A DNA stretch of 32,000 bases from Candidatus Gagatemarchaeum stordalenia (GCA_003164815.1 PLUF01000050.1:1-32000); one strand, 5' to 3'; numbered from the stretch's first letter, positions 1-7,302 are shown. A program made the numbers and translations. Notes: a model not told the origin generated them from the letters alone.

Positions 1-129
1 CCGCGGGCAGTGATACGCTTAAATAGCGCATCTTGGGAATAAATAGTTACTGCAAGTCGCAGTCTTGTTGATTCAGGACGATTACGCTCTGATTCTCTGA
101 CGTCGAATTGCCGTGGAAAACAAAAGAAA

Positions 130-1437
130 ATGAACAGTTTCGAAGAAATGGATTTGCACCCTCAAATATTGAAGGGTGTGAAGTCGCTTGGATTTGAGAA
201 GCCATTCCCGATCCAGGAACTCACGATTGGCCCACTTTTATCAGGCCGCAACGTGATAGGACAGGCGAAGACAGGAAGCGGAAAGACGGCGGCGTTCGGA
301 TTGCCGCTGTTGCAGAAGATTAACGAGGACTCCTGGGACGTCCAGGCGCTCGTGCTGGCCCCAACAAGGGAGCTGGCGGTCCAGATAACCGCGGAGCTGA
401 AGAAGCTCGCATCGTTCACCCGGATCAAGCTTGTGACCATCTACGGTGGCCAGTCGATCAACGTCCAGTTCGAGGCGCTCGACCGGGGCGTGCACGTCGT
501 GGTCGGTACCCCGGGCAGGATAATGGACCACCTCAAGCGGGGAAGTCTGGACCTCAGCAGGGTAAAGTACGTAGTACTCGACGAGGCGGATACCATGCTC
601 GACATGGGCTTCATCGAGGACATTGAGTTCATCCTCGACTCGGTCCCCGAGCCGAGGCAGATGAGCCTCTTCTCGGCCACGATGCCGAGGAGGATCATGG
701 ACATCGCCAACAAGTACATGCACGACGCACAGAAGATACTGGTCTCTGCGGACGAACCCACCGTCGACACGCTGGAGCAGTTCTACGCCATGGTTGAACA
801 GAAGGACAAGCAGGGCGTTCTCCTCGACCTGCTGGAGAAGGAGAAGCCCAGGAGCGCCATCATATTCTGCAGGACGAAGTACGGCGCCCACAAGCTCGCG
901 AAAGAGCTGCAGAGGAACTACATCAACGCGGTCCCGCTCCATGGGGACCTGAGCCAGCACCAGAGAGACCACTCGATGGGAGTCTTCAGGTCGGGCCACG
1001 CAGACGTCCTGGTGGCCACCGACGTGGCGAGCAGGGGGATTGACATCTCGCAGGTCGACTGCATCATAAACTACGACGTCCCCGAAGACCCTGTGCTCTA
1101 CTTCCACAGGGTCGGAAGGACCGCCAGAGCCGGCGCCTCCGGCAAGGCATTCACCCTGGTCTCGTACGAGGAGGACACCGACTTCGCGAGGATCATGGGC
1201 CTGACAAAGGCCGTGATCAAGCCGATGCGTCCCGAGGACGCGGAGCACAACTTCTACGTGAGCACCAGGGGCACGATAACCGAGCTTCAGAACCAGAGGC
1301 ACGGCGGCGGCGCAAGGCGGGGCTACAGCAGCGGCAACAGGGGCCGCGGGAGGGGAGGATACAACAACAGCGGACGCGGGAACAACAGCAACAGCGACGA
1401 GAGCAGGGGCGGATCCTGGAGGGGCTCTCGATGGTGA
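130..1437 (+). CDS. DEAD-box ATP-dependent RNA helicase with a C-terminal RGG/Asn-Ser-rich tail
   Basis: 435-aa ORF with the full motif set: Q-motif GFEKPFPIQ, Walker A AKTGSGKT, PTRELA, DEAD (nt 580-591), SAT, HGDLSQHQR, ATDVASRGID, HRVGRTARAG. Confidence 0.95.
   Translation: MNSFEEMDLHPQILKGVKSLGFEKPFPIQELTIGPLLSGRNVIGQAKTGSGKTAAFGLPLLQKINEDSWDVQALVLAPTRELAVQITAELKKLASFTRIKLVTIYGGQSINVQFEALDRGVHVVVGTPGRIMDHLKRGSLDLSRVKYVVLDEADTMLDMGFIEDIEFILDSVPEPRQMSLFSATMPRRIMDIANKYMHDAQKILVSADEPTVDTLEQFYAMVEQKDKQGVLLDLLEKEKPRSAIIFCRTKYGAHKLAKELQRNYINAVPLHGDLSQHQRDHSMGVFRSGHADVLVATDVASRGIDISQVDCIINYDVPEDPVLYFHRVGRTARAGASGKAFTLVSYEEDTDFARIMGLTKAVIKPMRPEDAEHNFYVSTRGTITELQNQRHGGGARRGYSSGNRGRGRGGYNNSGRGNNSNSDESRGGSWRGSRW
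1300..1434 (+). repeat. Low-complexity RGG / Asn-Ser coding tract (helicase C-terminal tail)
   Basis: Translation is HGGGARRGYSSGNRGRGRGGYNNSGRGNNSNSDESRGGSWRGSRW. The DNA repeats aacagc/ggc units. Confidence 0.8.
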
Positions 1438-1610
1438 AGTGCTACAACTGCAACTCCGTGGCGAAGGTCCAGTGCGGGGAGTGCCTGCGCATGGTCTGCA
1501 GGTCGCACTCGAGCATCATCTTCAATGAGGATTCCAGAACATTCAAGAGCCTGTGCGGGGCGTGCTACTCCCAAGTGAGGAGATTGAGTTGGGTAAGAGA
1601 AAGGTCCTGA
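1431..1610 (+). CDS. Small (59 aa) Cys-rich zinc-ribbon / B-box-like protein, not in the ORF track (below its size cutoff)
   Basis: ATG 1431 overlaps the helicase stop (ATGGTGA). The translation is MVKCYNCNSVAKVQCGECLRMVCRSHSSIIFNEDSRTFKSLCGACYSQVRRLSWVRERS, ending at TGA 1608-1610. By my count 49 of 59 codons end in G/C, like the neighbouring genes. Confidence 0.6.
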   Translation: MVKCYNCNSVAKVQCGECLRMVCRSHSSIIFNEDSRTFKSLCGACYSQVRRLSWVRERS

Positions 1611-2002
1611 ACGAAGCGCACCTGAAGGAACTGGTCATGCCGCAGCAGGGAGAGATCCTCGGCCGAGTGGTCAAGATCTCCGGAGGGAACCAGGTCATAG
1701 TCGCCTGCGTCGACGGGATGACTCGGCTCAGCAGGATCCGCGGGAAGATGAAGCGGCGGATGTGGATCCGGGAGCGGGACATCGTCCTCGTCTCGCCGTG
1801 GGACTTTGACAACAAGAAGGCTGACATCATCTGGCGATACATCAAGGACCACGCCGAGTGGCTCGAGAACAACGGCTACATGACCAAGCCCGAAGCAAAG
1901 CCTGTGGCAGCGGTTGCCGCAGCTCCGGCTCCGGGACCCGTCCCGGCACCGCAGCCGGTGGCCGAGCCGACTCCGTCGGCGCCTCAGCAAGAGATCCAGT
2001 AG
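1553..2002 (+). CDS. eif1A: Translation initiation factor aIF-1A with a Pro/Ala-rich C-terminal extension
   Basis: S1/OB core GEILGRVVKISGGNQVIVACVDGMTRLSRIRGKMKRRMWIRERDIVLVSPWDF..ADIIWRY is typical of a/eIF-1A. The start is uncertain (GTG 1553, TTG 1589 or ATG 1637). The tail KPEAKPVAAVAAAPAPGPVPAPQPVAEPTPSAP spans nt 1886-1999. Confidence 0.9.
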   Translation: MRGVLLPSEEIELGKRKVLNEAHLKELVMPQQGEILGRVVKISGGNQVIVACVDGMTRLSRIRGKMKRRMWIRERDIVLVSPWDFDNKKADIIWRYIKDHAEWLENNGYMTKPEAKPVAAVAAAPAPGPVPAPQPVAEPTPSAPQQEIQ

Positions 2003-2014
2003 AACCAGCGCGTC

Positions 2015-2770
2015 TCAGAGCAGAGGCGCCCAGCCGGCCTTCTTCGACCACGTCGCTACTGCGTCGTGTGCGTGTATCGACTCGAAGCACCTGGCCCGGA
2101 TGAAGAGCGAGTTCGGGAACCTCTTCGCGCACTCCCTCACGAGGTCTTCGGCGAACCTTCCGTTCTCCTGGGCCTCGAGGATCTTCCTCGCCTCCTCGAC
2201 CCTCTTCATCTTCTCGGTGGGCATGGCAGAGAAGCACTCCTCCACCTTCCCGATCGTCTCCATCATGTCCAGCGAGCCCTTCCTGTCGAGGACCATTGTT
2301 ATCTCTGCCCGCTGCATGTGACCAATCCCTATCATCTTCTTGCTGCAGGGACAGGCGGTCATCCCCTTGGCGTTGAACTGGTATCTCACGGCGCCCTTCT
2401 CGGTCGTCCTTATGGCGACTGGAATAAACTGGTCTGAGTAGGGTATCTCGAACCTGCATGTGACCCAGGAACCCGGCTGTGTCCTGTTCACCTCCCGGCA
2501 GATCGACTTCAGCCACCCCTCGATGCCAGACCCGTCCTTCGCAGAGGCGGCGTGGACGAGCCTGCTCATGTGGACCCCCCTGTGGAGGCCCGTGGAGGTC
2601 TGGATCGTCAGGAAGACCGGTATCGAGGTCTGGCCGTTGTGATAGAGGATCTGGAGGTCGGACACGCCTGCGTCTACGACCACCTCGGAGGGTTCGCTCT
2701 GGGTGTCGGCCAAGACGTCCACTAACTGAGTCCTGGCAACCCGTTCGTCCTGATCCTTTCCGCGACGCAC
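2015..2770 (-). CDS. GTP cyclohydrolase of the COG1469 family (FolE2 / MptA type)
   Basis: 251 aa with family motifs GVHMSRLV, MTACPCSKKM, GHMQRAE and ESIHAHDAVA. It lies immediately downstream of queC and queD on the same strand. Confidence 0.85.
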   Translation of the reverse strand: MRRGKDQDERVARTQLVDVLADTQSEPSEVVVDAGVSDLQILYHNGQTSIPVFLTIQTSTGLHRGVHMSRLVHAASAKDGSGIEGWLKSICREVNRTQPGSWVTCRFEIPYSDQFIPVAIRTTEKGAVRYQFNAKGMTACPCSKKMIGIGHMQRAEITMVLDRKGSLDMMETIGKVEECFSAMPTEKMKRVEEARKILEAQENGRFAEDLVRECAKRFPNSLFIRARCFESIHAHDAVATWSKKAGWAPLL

Positions 2771-2774
2771 GAAT

Positions 2775-3440
2775 CTAGCCGGCGCGAACCCGTTTTAGAC
2801 CCTTTCGGTCTCCGGACGCTCTCAGAGGGTCGACGACACCCGCCTCGCGGAACGCCCGCTCCCTCCCCAGGCAACCGTCGCACTCCCAGCAGTGGACGCT
2901 CCCGGCCCTGTGACAGCTCCAGGTGTCCTCTAGGGGGACCCCGAGCCTCGAAGCGAGGGCGACGACCTCGGCCTTGCTCATCGCCCTGAGCGGCCTCCAG
3001 ATCCTAAAGTCCTGCTCCCTGAGCCTGGCCGAGCCGGACCTGAGGGTCCGCTGCAGGTTCCGGAAGAACTCGTCGCTGGTGTCCTCGAAGACCGCCCTGT
3101 CCTCCCTGTTGTGCCCCCCGGCGACGCGGGAGGCCCCGACCTCCTCCGCGAAGGCCGCGGCCACGTTGTAGTAGATCGAGTTCTTCATGGGGATGTAGGT
3201 GGAGGGCAGCCCCGAGAGCCGTTCGAGCGGACCGATGTCGCCGATCTCCCTCAGCTCGGGCATAGAGAAGAACCTGTGGTCCTCGACTCCCGCAGCGGCG
3301 CCCAGGCGCCTCGCGGCCCACAGTTCCCCCTTGGCCATGCCGTGGAACCTTATGGTGAGGGCCCTGTTGATGTACCCCTTCCTCTTCGAGAGGAAGAGGC
3401 AGGCGGCCGAGTCGATGCCTCCCGACAGGAGGACTATTAC
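2775..3440 (-). CDS. queC: 7-cyano-7-deazaguanine synthase QueC (5' boundary unresolved)
   Basis: The ORF track starts at ATG 3338, but the same frame continues upstream as STEVIVLLSGGIDSAACLFLSKRKGYINRALTIRFHG, carrying the PP-loop SGGxDS. The C-terminal Zn site is CHRAGSVHCWECDGC. There is no ATG/GTG/TTG upstream of the PP-loop (see finding). Confidence 0.85.
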   Translation of the reverse strand, partial: VIVLLSGGIDSAACLFLSKRKGYINRALTIRFHGMAKGELWAARRLGAAAGVEDHRFFSMPELREIGDIGPLERLSGLPSTYIPMKNSIYYNVAAAFAEEVGASRVAGGHNREDRAVFEDTSDEFFRNLQRTLRSGSARLREQDFRIWRPLRAMSKAEVVALASRLGVPLEDTWSCHRAGSVHCWECDGCLGRERAFREAGVVDPLRASGDRKGLKRVRAG

Positions 3441-4324
3441 TTCCGTCGACGCTCTGCCTCTCTGGAATGGATGAGCGCGAGAAGGTGGGTCCCCTTGTTC
3501 AGCCCTTCGTAGACGTAGACGCCGACGGACTCGACGTTCTCGGGCATCCTGGGGGCTATCCTCCGGACCAACTCCTGCGCCAGGTTCTCCACGGTCGCCT
3601 CCTCCTCCAGGAGGACGGTGGTCTTGGTGGGCACCTTCATCTCGAACCTCCCATGCACCGTGTCGAAGCCGATCCTAACGCTCCCCTTCTCCCTGCCCAG
3701 GACGTACCTGCTGCTGATGAAGAGCTTGTGGTCGAGGGCGCGGACCGCCTCCCTGATTATCGGCTTGGCGTCATTGAAGTCGACGACCATCCCGTCCCTG
3801 GGCGAGCCAGCGAGCTCGACCAGCACCGACGAGGTGTGCCCGTGCATCACGGAGCACTTCTCGGTCTTGGGGAGTATGTGCGCGTAGTCGAAGTTGAACG
3901 ACGGGTCGTCGAGGAAGATCGTCTGGAGCCTCTCTTTCGAGCGGTCGCCCGACCGGCGCACCCGCGTCCCGGAGTCGAGGACGTCGCTGCGCGAGTCGCT
4001 CTGCGAGATCACCACGCACTCCCTCCCGGCGCGGGCGGCCTTCCTCCTCTCCTCGGCGCTCAGGTCATCCCCGACAAGAATCAGCCTGTCGCCTATCGCA
4101 AAATCAGCTCGCCTTGGCGACCCGGTGTAGATGGGCACGTCCGTCCCGTACTCGATGCCCGAAGCGTCCAGGACCCTGCTCACCAGCGCGTGCAGGCCCG
4201 TCGGGTACTCCCTGCCTCCGCTCATGTAGACCCTCGAGTAGCCTCCGCCGTCGAGTTCCTTTACCCTCGCCGCGATGCCGTCCAGGAGGTCCTTTTGCAC
4301 GATGGCGCGCAGCCGCGGTTTCAT
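3437..4324 (-). CDS. queD: QueD/6-carboxytetrahydropterin synthase (PTPS-fold) domain fused to an unknown ~130-aa N-terminal domain
   Basis: The C-terminal half, FNFDYAHILPKTEKCSVMHGHTSSVLVELAG...VVDFNDAKPIIREAVRALDHKLF, is the PTPS/QueD signature. I cannot assign residues 1-130 to a family. The TAA stop overlaps the queC 5' region. Confidence 0.8.
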   Translation of the reverse strand: MKPRLRAIVQKDLLDGIAARVKELDGGGYSRVYMSGGREYPTGLHALVSRVLDASGIEYGTDVPIYTGSPRRADFAIGDRLILVGDDLSAEERRKAARAGRECVVISQSDSRSDVLDSGTRVRRSGDRSKERLQTIFLDDPSFNFDYAHILPKTEKCSVMHGHTSSVLVELAGSPRDGMVVDFNDAKPIIREAVRALDHKLFISSRYVLGREKGSVRIGFDTVHGRFEMKVPTKTTVLLEEEATVENLAQELVRRIAPRMPENVESVGVYVYEGLNKGTHLLALIHSREAERRRK

Positions 4325-4344
4325 TTATAGTGTTTACTCAGGGA

Positions 4345-4352
4345 CTTTTAGA
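4345..4352 (-). promoter_or_regulatory. TATA-like box upstream of the queD-fusion gene
   Basis: The minus strand reads TCTAAAAG, centred about 24 nt upstream of ATG 4324 in the 31-nt spacer after the tRNA. Confidence 0.4.
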
Positions 4353-4355
4353 TGT

Positions 4356-4430
4356 TGGTGCGGCGTGCGGGATTCGAACTCGCGCGACAGGCTTGGGAAG
4401 CCTATATCCTAACCACTGGATCAACGCCGC
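4356..4430 (-). tRNA. tRNA-Gly (anticodon CCC) with genomically encoded CCA
   Basis: The minus strand reads GCGGCGT-TG-ATCC-AGTGGTTA-GGAT-A-TAGGC-TTCCCAA-GCCTG-TCGC-GCGAG-TTCGAAT-CCCGC-ACGCCGC-A-CCA. It has a 7-bp acceptor stem, a 4-bp D stem, a 5-bp anticodon stem and a TTCGAAT T-loop, with one A:C mismatch in the T stem. Confidence 0.85.
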
Positions 4431-5149
4431 TCCAGAATCTTATCGAGCAAGTTGCTCCGAAGAGGGTCAGTTAAACCTATTCTTGCCTTGAGTGCCCTTA
4501 GATCACGTGTCCCTCTTACAGTTACGGAGTGAAGGGGGACTCTGCGCATTCTCTTCTTCGAACTATGCCAATGGCTACCAATTCCAAATGACTTGAGAAC
4601 CTCAGCGTACTGCTTGGCCAGTCTCTTCGAGGTAACGGCAAACTCAACGCGTGCGTTCTTCAGGTTAACTGAACCATCCCCCACAATCAACCCGCGTATT
4701 ATACCAAGGCGAAAAGCGTCGCCTAGATTTAGCGATTTGCGTCTGAATGCTATGGTATGAGTCTTGTTTCCAGTCCAGAACAGAAACCGTTTCAAGAAGT
4801 CGAGAATCTCCCTGCCATGAATAGTGATTCGAACAGTGTGTTGCTTGGGATACGACCAAACCTTCGGTCTTTTCCCCAAGACCTTCTCCATCTTGTCTGT
4901 TAGGACTTCGGCATAGATGGCTTGGTCCTCTGAAAGCACAATTGTAACTCGGTAATGATGCGATTTCTTGTCAGATTGGAAATTACCATCACTTGCGAAC
5001 GCCCCTAGGAATTCCCCGAGGTCTGCATTTGGCTCGAGTTCGAACTTGAGCGGAAGATATCTTCTTCCGAAGTTCTTTCTTACGTGATAGTATACCGTAG
5101 TCTTACTTCGACCCAATTTCGAGGAAATCACATTCAGACTGAAGCCCAT
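4421..5149 (-). CDS. Double-motif LAGLIDADG homing-endonuclease-like protein with an N-terminal HTH
   Basis: The two dodecapeptide motifs are LGEFLGAFASDGNF and GIIRGLIVGDGSV. The N-terminal HTH-like segment is FSLNVISSKLGRSKTTVYYHV. GC content is clearly lower and codons are A/T-ending. The last codons (GAG CGG CGT TGA) overlap the first 10 nt of the tRNA. Confidence 0.8.
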   Translation of the reverse strand: MGFSLNVISSKLGRSKTTVYYHVRKNFGRRYLPLKFELEPNADLGEFLGAFASDGNFQSDKKSHHYRVTIVLSEDQAIYAEVLTDKMEKVLGKRPKVWSYPKQHTVRITIHGREILDFLKRFLFWTGNKTHTIAFRRKSLNLGDAFRLGIIRGLIVGDGSVNLKNARVEFAVTSKRLAKQYAEVLKSFGIGSHWHSSKKRMRRVPLHSVTVRGTRDLRALKARIGLTDPLRSNLLDKILERR

Positions 5150-5260
5150 TCTGCTTAGCTCGAGAATCTGCTTTCGTTCCGTTTCATCTAGTCTTTTCGT
5201 AGAAGAGGAAGAACCACGCGTAGTTAAGCACCCATTATTGGTATCCTATGCATTCTATGC
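4431..5260 (-). mobile_element. Low-GC islet (probable horizontally acquired or selfish-element remnant) carrying the LAGLIDADG gene and abutting the tRNA-Gly 5' end
   Basis: Composition drops abruptly by eye relative to both flanks. It holds a single endonuclease gene. I found no integrase and no flanking direct repeat. Confidence 0.4.
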
Positions 5261-5356
5261 CATGGCTTAGCCGAACCGTCTGGCGTTAGCCCCGTCCTCC
5301 TGGCGGCCCCGGCATCGGCCCCCCAACGGGGCGGGCGATATCCCAGCCACACCATC

Positions 5357-5366
5357 ATATTCTTAA
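5357..5366 (+). promoter_or_regulatory. TATA-like box for the USP gene (leaderless geometry)
   Basis: ATATTCTTAA is centred about 27 nt upstream of GTG 5388. Confidence 0.45.
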
Positions 5367-5387
5367 GACAGAATCGGGCCTAGCGCC

Positions 5388-5846
5388 GTGTTGAGCTCGT
5401 TCAAGGGTATCCTGGTAGCGGTCGACGGGTCGGAGAACGCGATGCGGGCAGCGGAGATGGCGATGGACCTCGCGAAGAGGAACGACGCAAACCTGTACGT
5501 GCTCAGCGTGATCCCGACCCCCGTCTACGCGGCGACGGGCGTCCAGGGCGCCGTGGGGTCTGGCCCTGTCTCGGAGGAGTTCTTCGACAGGGCGAAGAAG
5601 GACGCGGAGGCTTTCGTCGGGGGAATTGTCTCTAGGGCAGAAGCCCAGGGTATCAAGGTGAGGGGCGAGATAACGGAGAACGTCCCCTCCGTCGTCGAGG
5701 CGATAACCGAGTACGCGCAGGAGTGGAGGGTGGAGCTCATCGTCGTGGGGACGAGGGGCCTCAGCGGGTTCAAGAAACTGCTCCTAGGCAGCGTCTCCGG
5801 GGCGCTCGTCTCGCACTCTCCGTGCAGCGTCCTCGTGATCAGGTAG
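5388..5846 (+). CDS. Universal stress protein (UspA family)
   Basis: ILVAVDGSENAMRA at the N-terminus and the ATP-binding motif VGTRGLSGFKKLLLGSVSGALVSHSPCSVLVI at the C-terminus. Confidence 0.9.
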   Translation: MLSSFKGILVAVDGSENAMRAAEMAMDLAKRNDANLYVLSVIPTPVYAATGVQGAVGSGPVSEEFFDRAKKDAEAFVGGIVSRAEAQGIKVRGEITENVPSVVEAITEYAQEWRVELIVVGTRGLSGFKKLLLGSVSGALVSHSPCSVLVIR

Positions 5847-6312
5847 TCTTCGGGGCTTCCTTCGCAGTCTTGAGGGCATCCAGCGCCTCTCTGATGTGCT
5901 TCGTCGGCCGGAGCTGGGATGAGTAGACTAGCCGCACTATACCTTGCTTGTCGATCACGAACGTCACCCGTCCGGCGAGCCCCAGGGTGGACGATACGCC
6001 GTATAGCTCCCGCAGCCGCTTTCCAGAGTCGCTGAGGAGCTTGAAGGGTAGGCTGCACTCCTGCGAGAAGCGGCGGTGGGACTCGACGGTGTCGGAGCTG
6101 ACCCCGATCACTTCGGTCTCGCCGTCGCTGAATGCCTGGTAGCTGTCCCTGAAGCCCTTCGCCTCGGCGGTGCAGCCCGGAGTAAAGTCCTTCGGGTAAA
6201 AGTAGAGGACGACGTTCTTCTTCCCAAGGTAGTCGCCTAGGCGGACTTCCTCGTCGCTCTGGGAATGGAGCGAGAAATCAGGCGCCTTGTCGCCGACTGA
6301 TATCTTCGGCAA
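5839..6312 (-). CDS. bcp: Peroxiredoxin, Bcp/PrxQ type (thiol peroxidase)
   Basis: FYPKDFTPGCTAEA contains the peroxidatic Cys motif, in an AhpC/TSA-like layout. TTG start. There is an 8-nt convergent overlap with the USP gene. Confidence 0.9.
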   Translation of the reverse strand: MPKISVGDKAPDFSLHSQSDEEVRLGDYLGKKNVVLYFYPKDFTPGCTAEAKGFRDSYQAFSDGETEVIGVSSDTVESHRRFSQECSLPFKLLSDSGKRLRELYGVSSTLGLAGRVTFVIDKQGIVRLVYSSQLRPTKHIREALDALKTAKEAPKTT

Positions 6313-6371
6313 GTCGACGGATTATCCGTACCGCCGGTATAACTGCGTTTTTCCAAATCCCCGCGGAGGGC

Positions 6372-6704
6372 CTAGGTCCCTTCGGTTGACTTCTTGAGGG
6401 TCAGGCTGCCGTTCTTGATCTCGAGCTCGTAGACGTCGTTCACGTCGAGCCGCAGTCCGAACATGTCGTACTCGCTCTCGGTCAGGACCATCGTCACCTT
6501 CGGGAAGACCATCTCCCGGACCTGGGGTACGAGCCCCATCGACTGCAGCTGGTTGACCATGCTCTGGACCATCCTCCCCTCGTCGCCCATGCCATAGGCC
6601 TGGCTGCCCCTCTGCTTCACCTCCACGAGCTCAATCTGCTTGGCCGGCAGACCAGTGAGCGGTTCGGTTACGCTGCTAATCCTGTGTACCCTGACCTGAA
6701 CCAT
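6372..6704 (-). CDS. Hypothetical protein (110 aa)
   Basis: ORF with G/C-ending codon bias, co-directional with and 43 nt downstream of 6748-7302. No motif recognised. Confidence 0.55.
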   Translation of the reverse strand: MVQVRVHRISSVTEPLTGLPAKQIELVEVKQRGSQAYGMGDEGRMVQSMVNQLQSMGLVPQVREMVFPKVTMVLTESEYDMFGLRLDVNDVYELEIKNGSLTLKKSTEGT

Positions 6705-6747
6705 GTTCCGACTGAAAACGCGCCTGTATTAAAGTAGGGTGAACGTC

Positions 6748-7302
6748 TTATCCAGTCTCGGCGTCGTCGTCTTCCTGTCTGGGCTGCGCTGGCTCGACGC
6801 CAAGGAGCTCTGCGGCCGTCTGCCCGGCCTCGGGGAACGGGGGCTCATCTCCGGAGACCCCAGGTTCGCTGGCATCCTGCTCCATGGGCTCCTGCGGGCC
6901 CCCTCCGGCGTTCTGGATTATCTCCTCGACCTCCTGCGGCGTGAGTATCCTCGCCATGGACATGTTGACCAGGCTGTTGTTGCTGGCGTCGCCGGTCAGC
7001 CGGCCTATCGGACCCCTCGCCTGGCGCCACTTCAGCTTCGTGTTCCCGCTCTTCGAGGTGTAGATTATCCCCAGGATGTCCTGGGCGTTGATGAACGTGA
7101 TGTCCCTGATCTTCTTGAGGGTCACCTTGTCCGCCGCCTCGATATAGATCGAACCAGGGTCCATCTCCTTCTCGGGAAAGACCTCATCGTCCCTGAGGTA
7201 CGATTCGGGGATGAAGCTCCTGCACGTGCTGTTAATCAGGAACCTCCGGAATCCCTCTAGATGGCATGTCAGATCAATCTCTACCACCGTTGACCCCTCC
7301 AA
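6748..7302 (-). CDS. Hypothetical protein (184 aa) with an acidic, disordered C-terminal tail
   Basis: ORF with coding-like codon bias. The C-terminus EPMEQDASEPGVSGDEPPFPEAG...RQEDDDAETG is acidic low complexity. TTG start. No family recognised. Confidence 0.55.
   Translation of the reverse strand: MEGSTVVEIDLTCHLEGFRRFLINSTCRSFIPESYLRDDEVFPEKEMDPGSIYIEAADKVTLKKIRDITFINAQDILGIIYTSKSGNTKLKWRQARGPIGRLTGDASNNSLVNMSMARILTPQEVEEIIQNAGGGPQEPMEQDASEPGVSGDEPPFPEAGQTAAELLGVEPAQPRQEDDDAETG

Noticed and set aside
241-1302. A 353-aa ORF antisense to the DEAD-box helicase, plus the smaller antisense ORFs at 162-440 and 441-770.
   Set aside because: These are typical GC-rich shadow ORFs. The translations are Arg/Gly/Pro/Val-rich with no motifs, and they lie entirely inside a gene with a complete helicase motif set.
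3432-3460. A programmed -1 frameshift fusing the QueD-fusion protein to QueC.
   Set aside because: The frames differ by -1, but there is no slippery X-XXY-YYZ heptamer or obvious downstream structure near the queD stop (…CGT CGA CGG AAG TAA). Non-canonical initiation or a base-call error is more likely.
3467-4330. A 287-aa plus-strand ORF opposite the queD-fusion gene.
   Set aside because: It is a shadow ORF. The minus-strand frame carries the PTPS/QueD signature, and the plus-strand translation is low-complexity.
4356-4430. The possibility that the tRNA-Gly is a pseudogene, because of the A:C mismatch in the T stem and A10 in the D stem.
   Set aside because: All other stems pair perfectly, the T-loop and anticodon loop are canonical, and A10 is compensated by T25. 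A single T-stem mismatch is tolerated in functional tRNAs.
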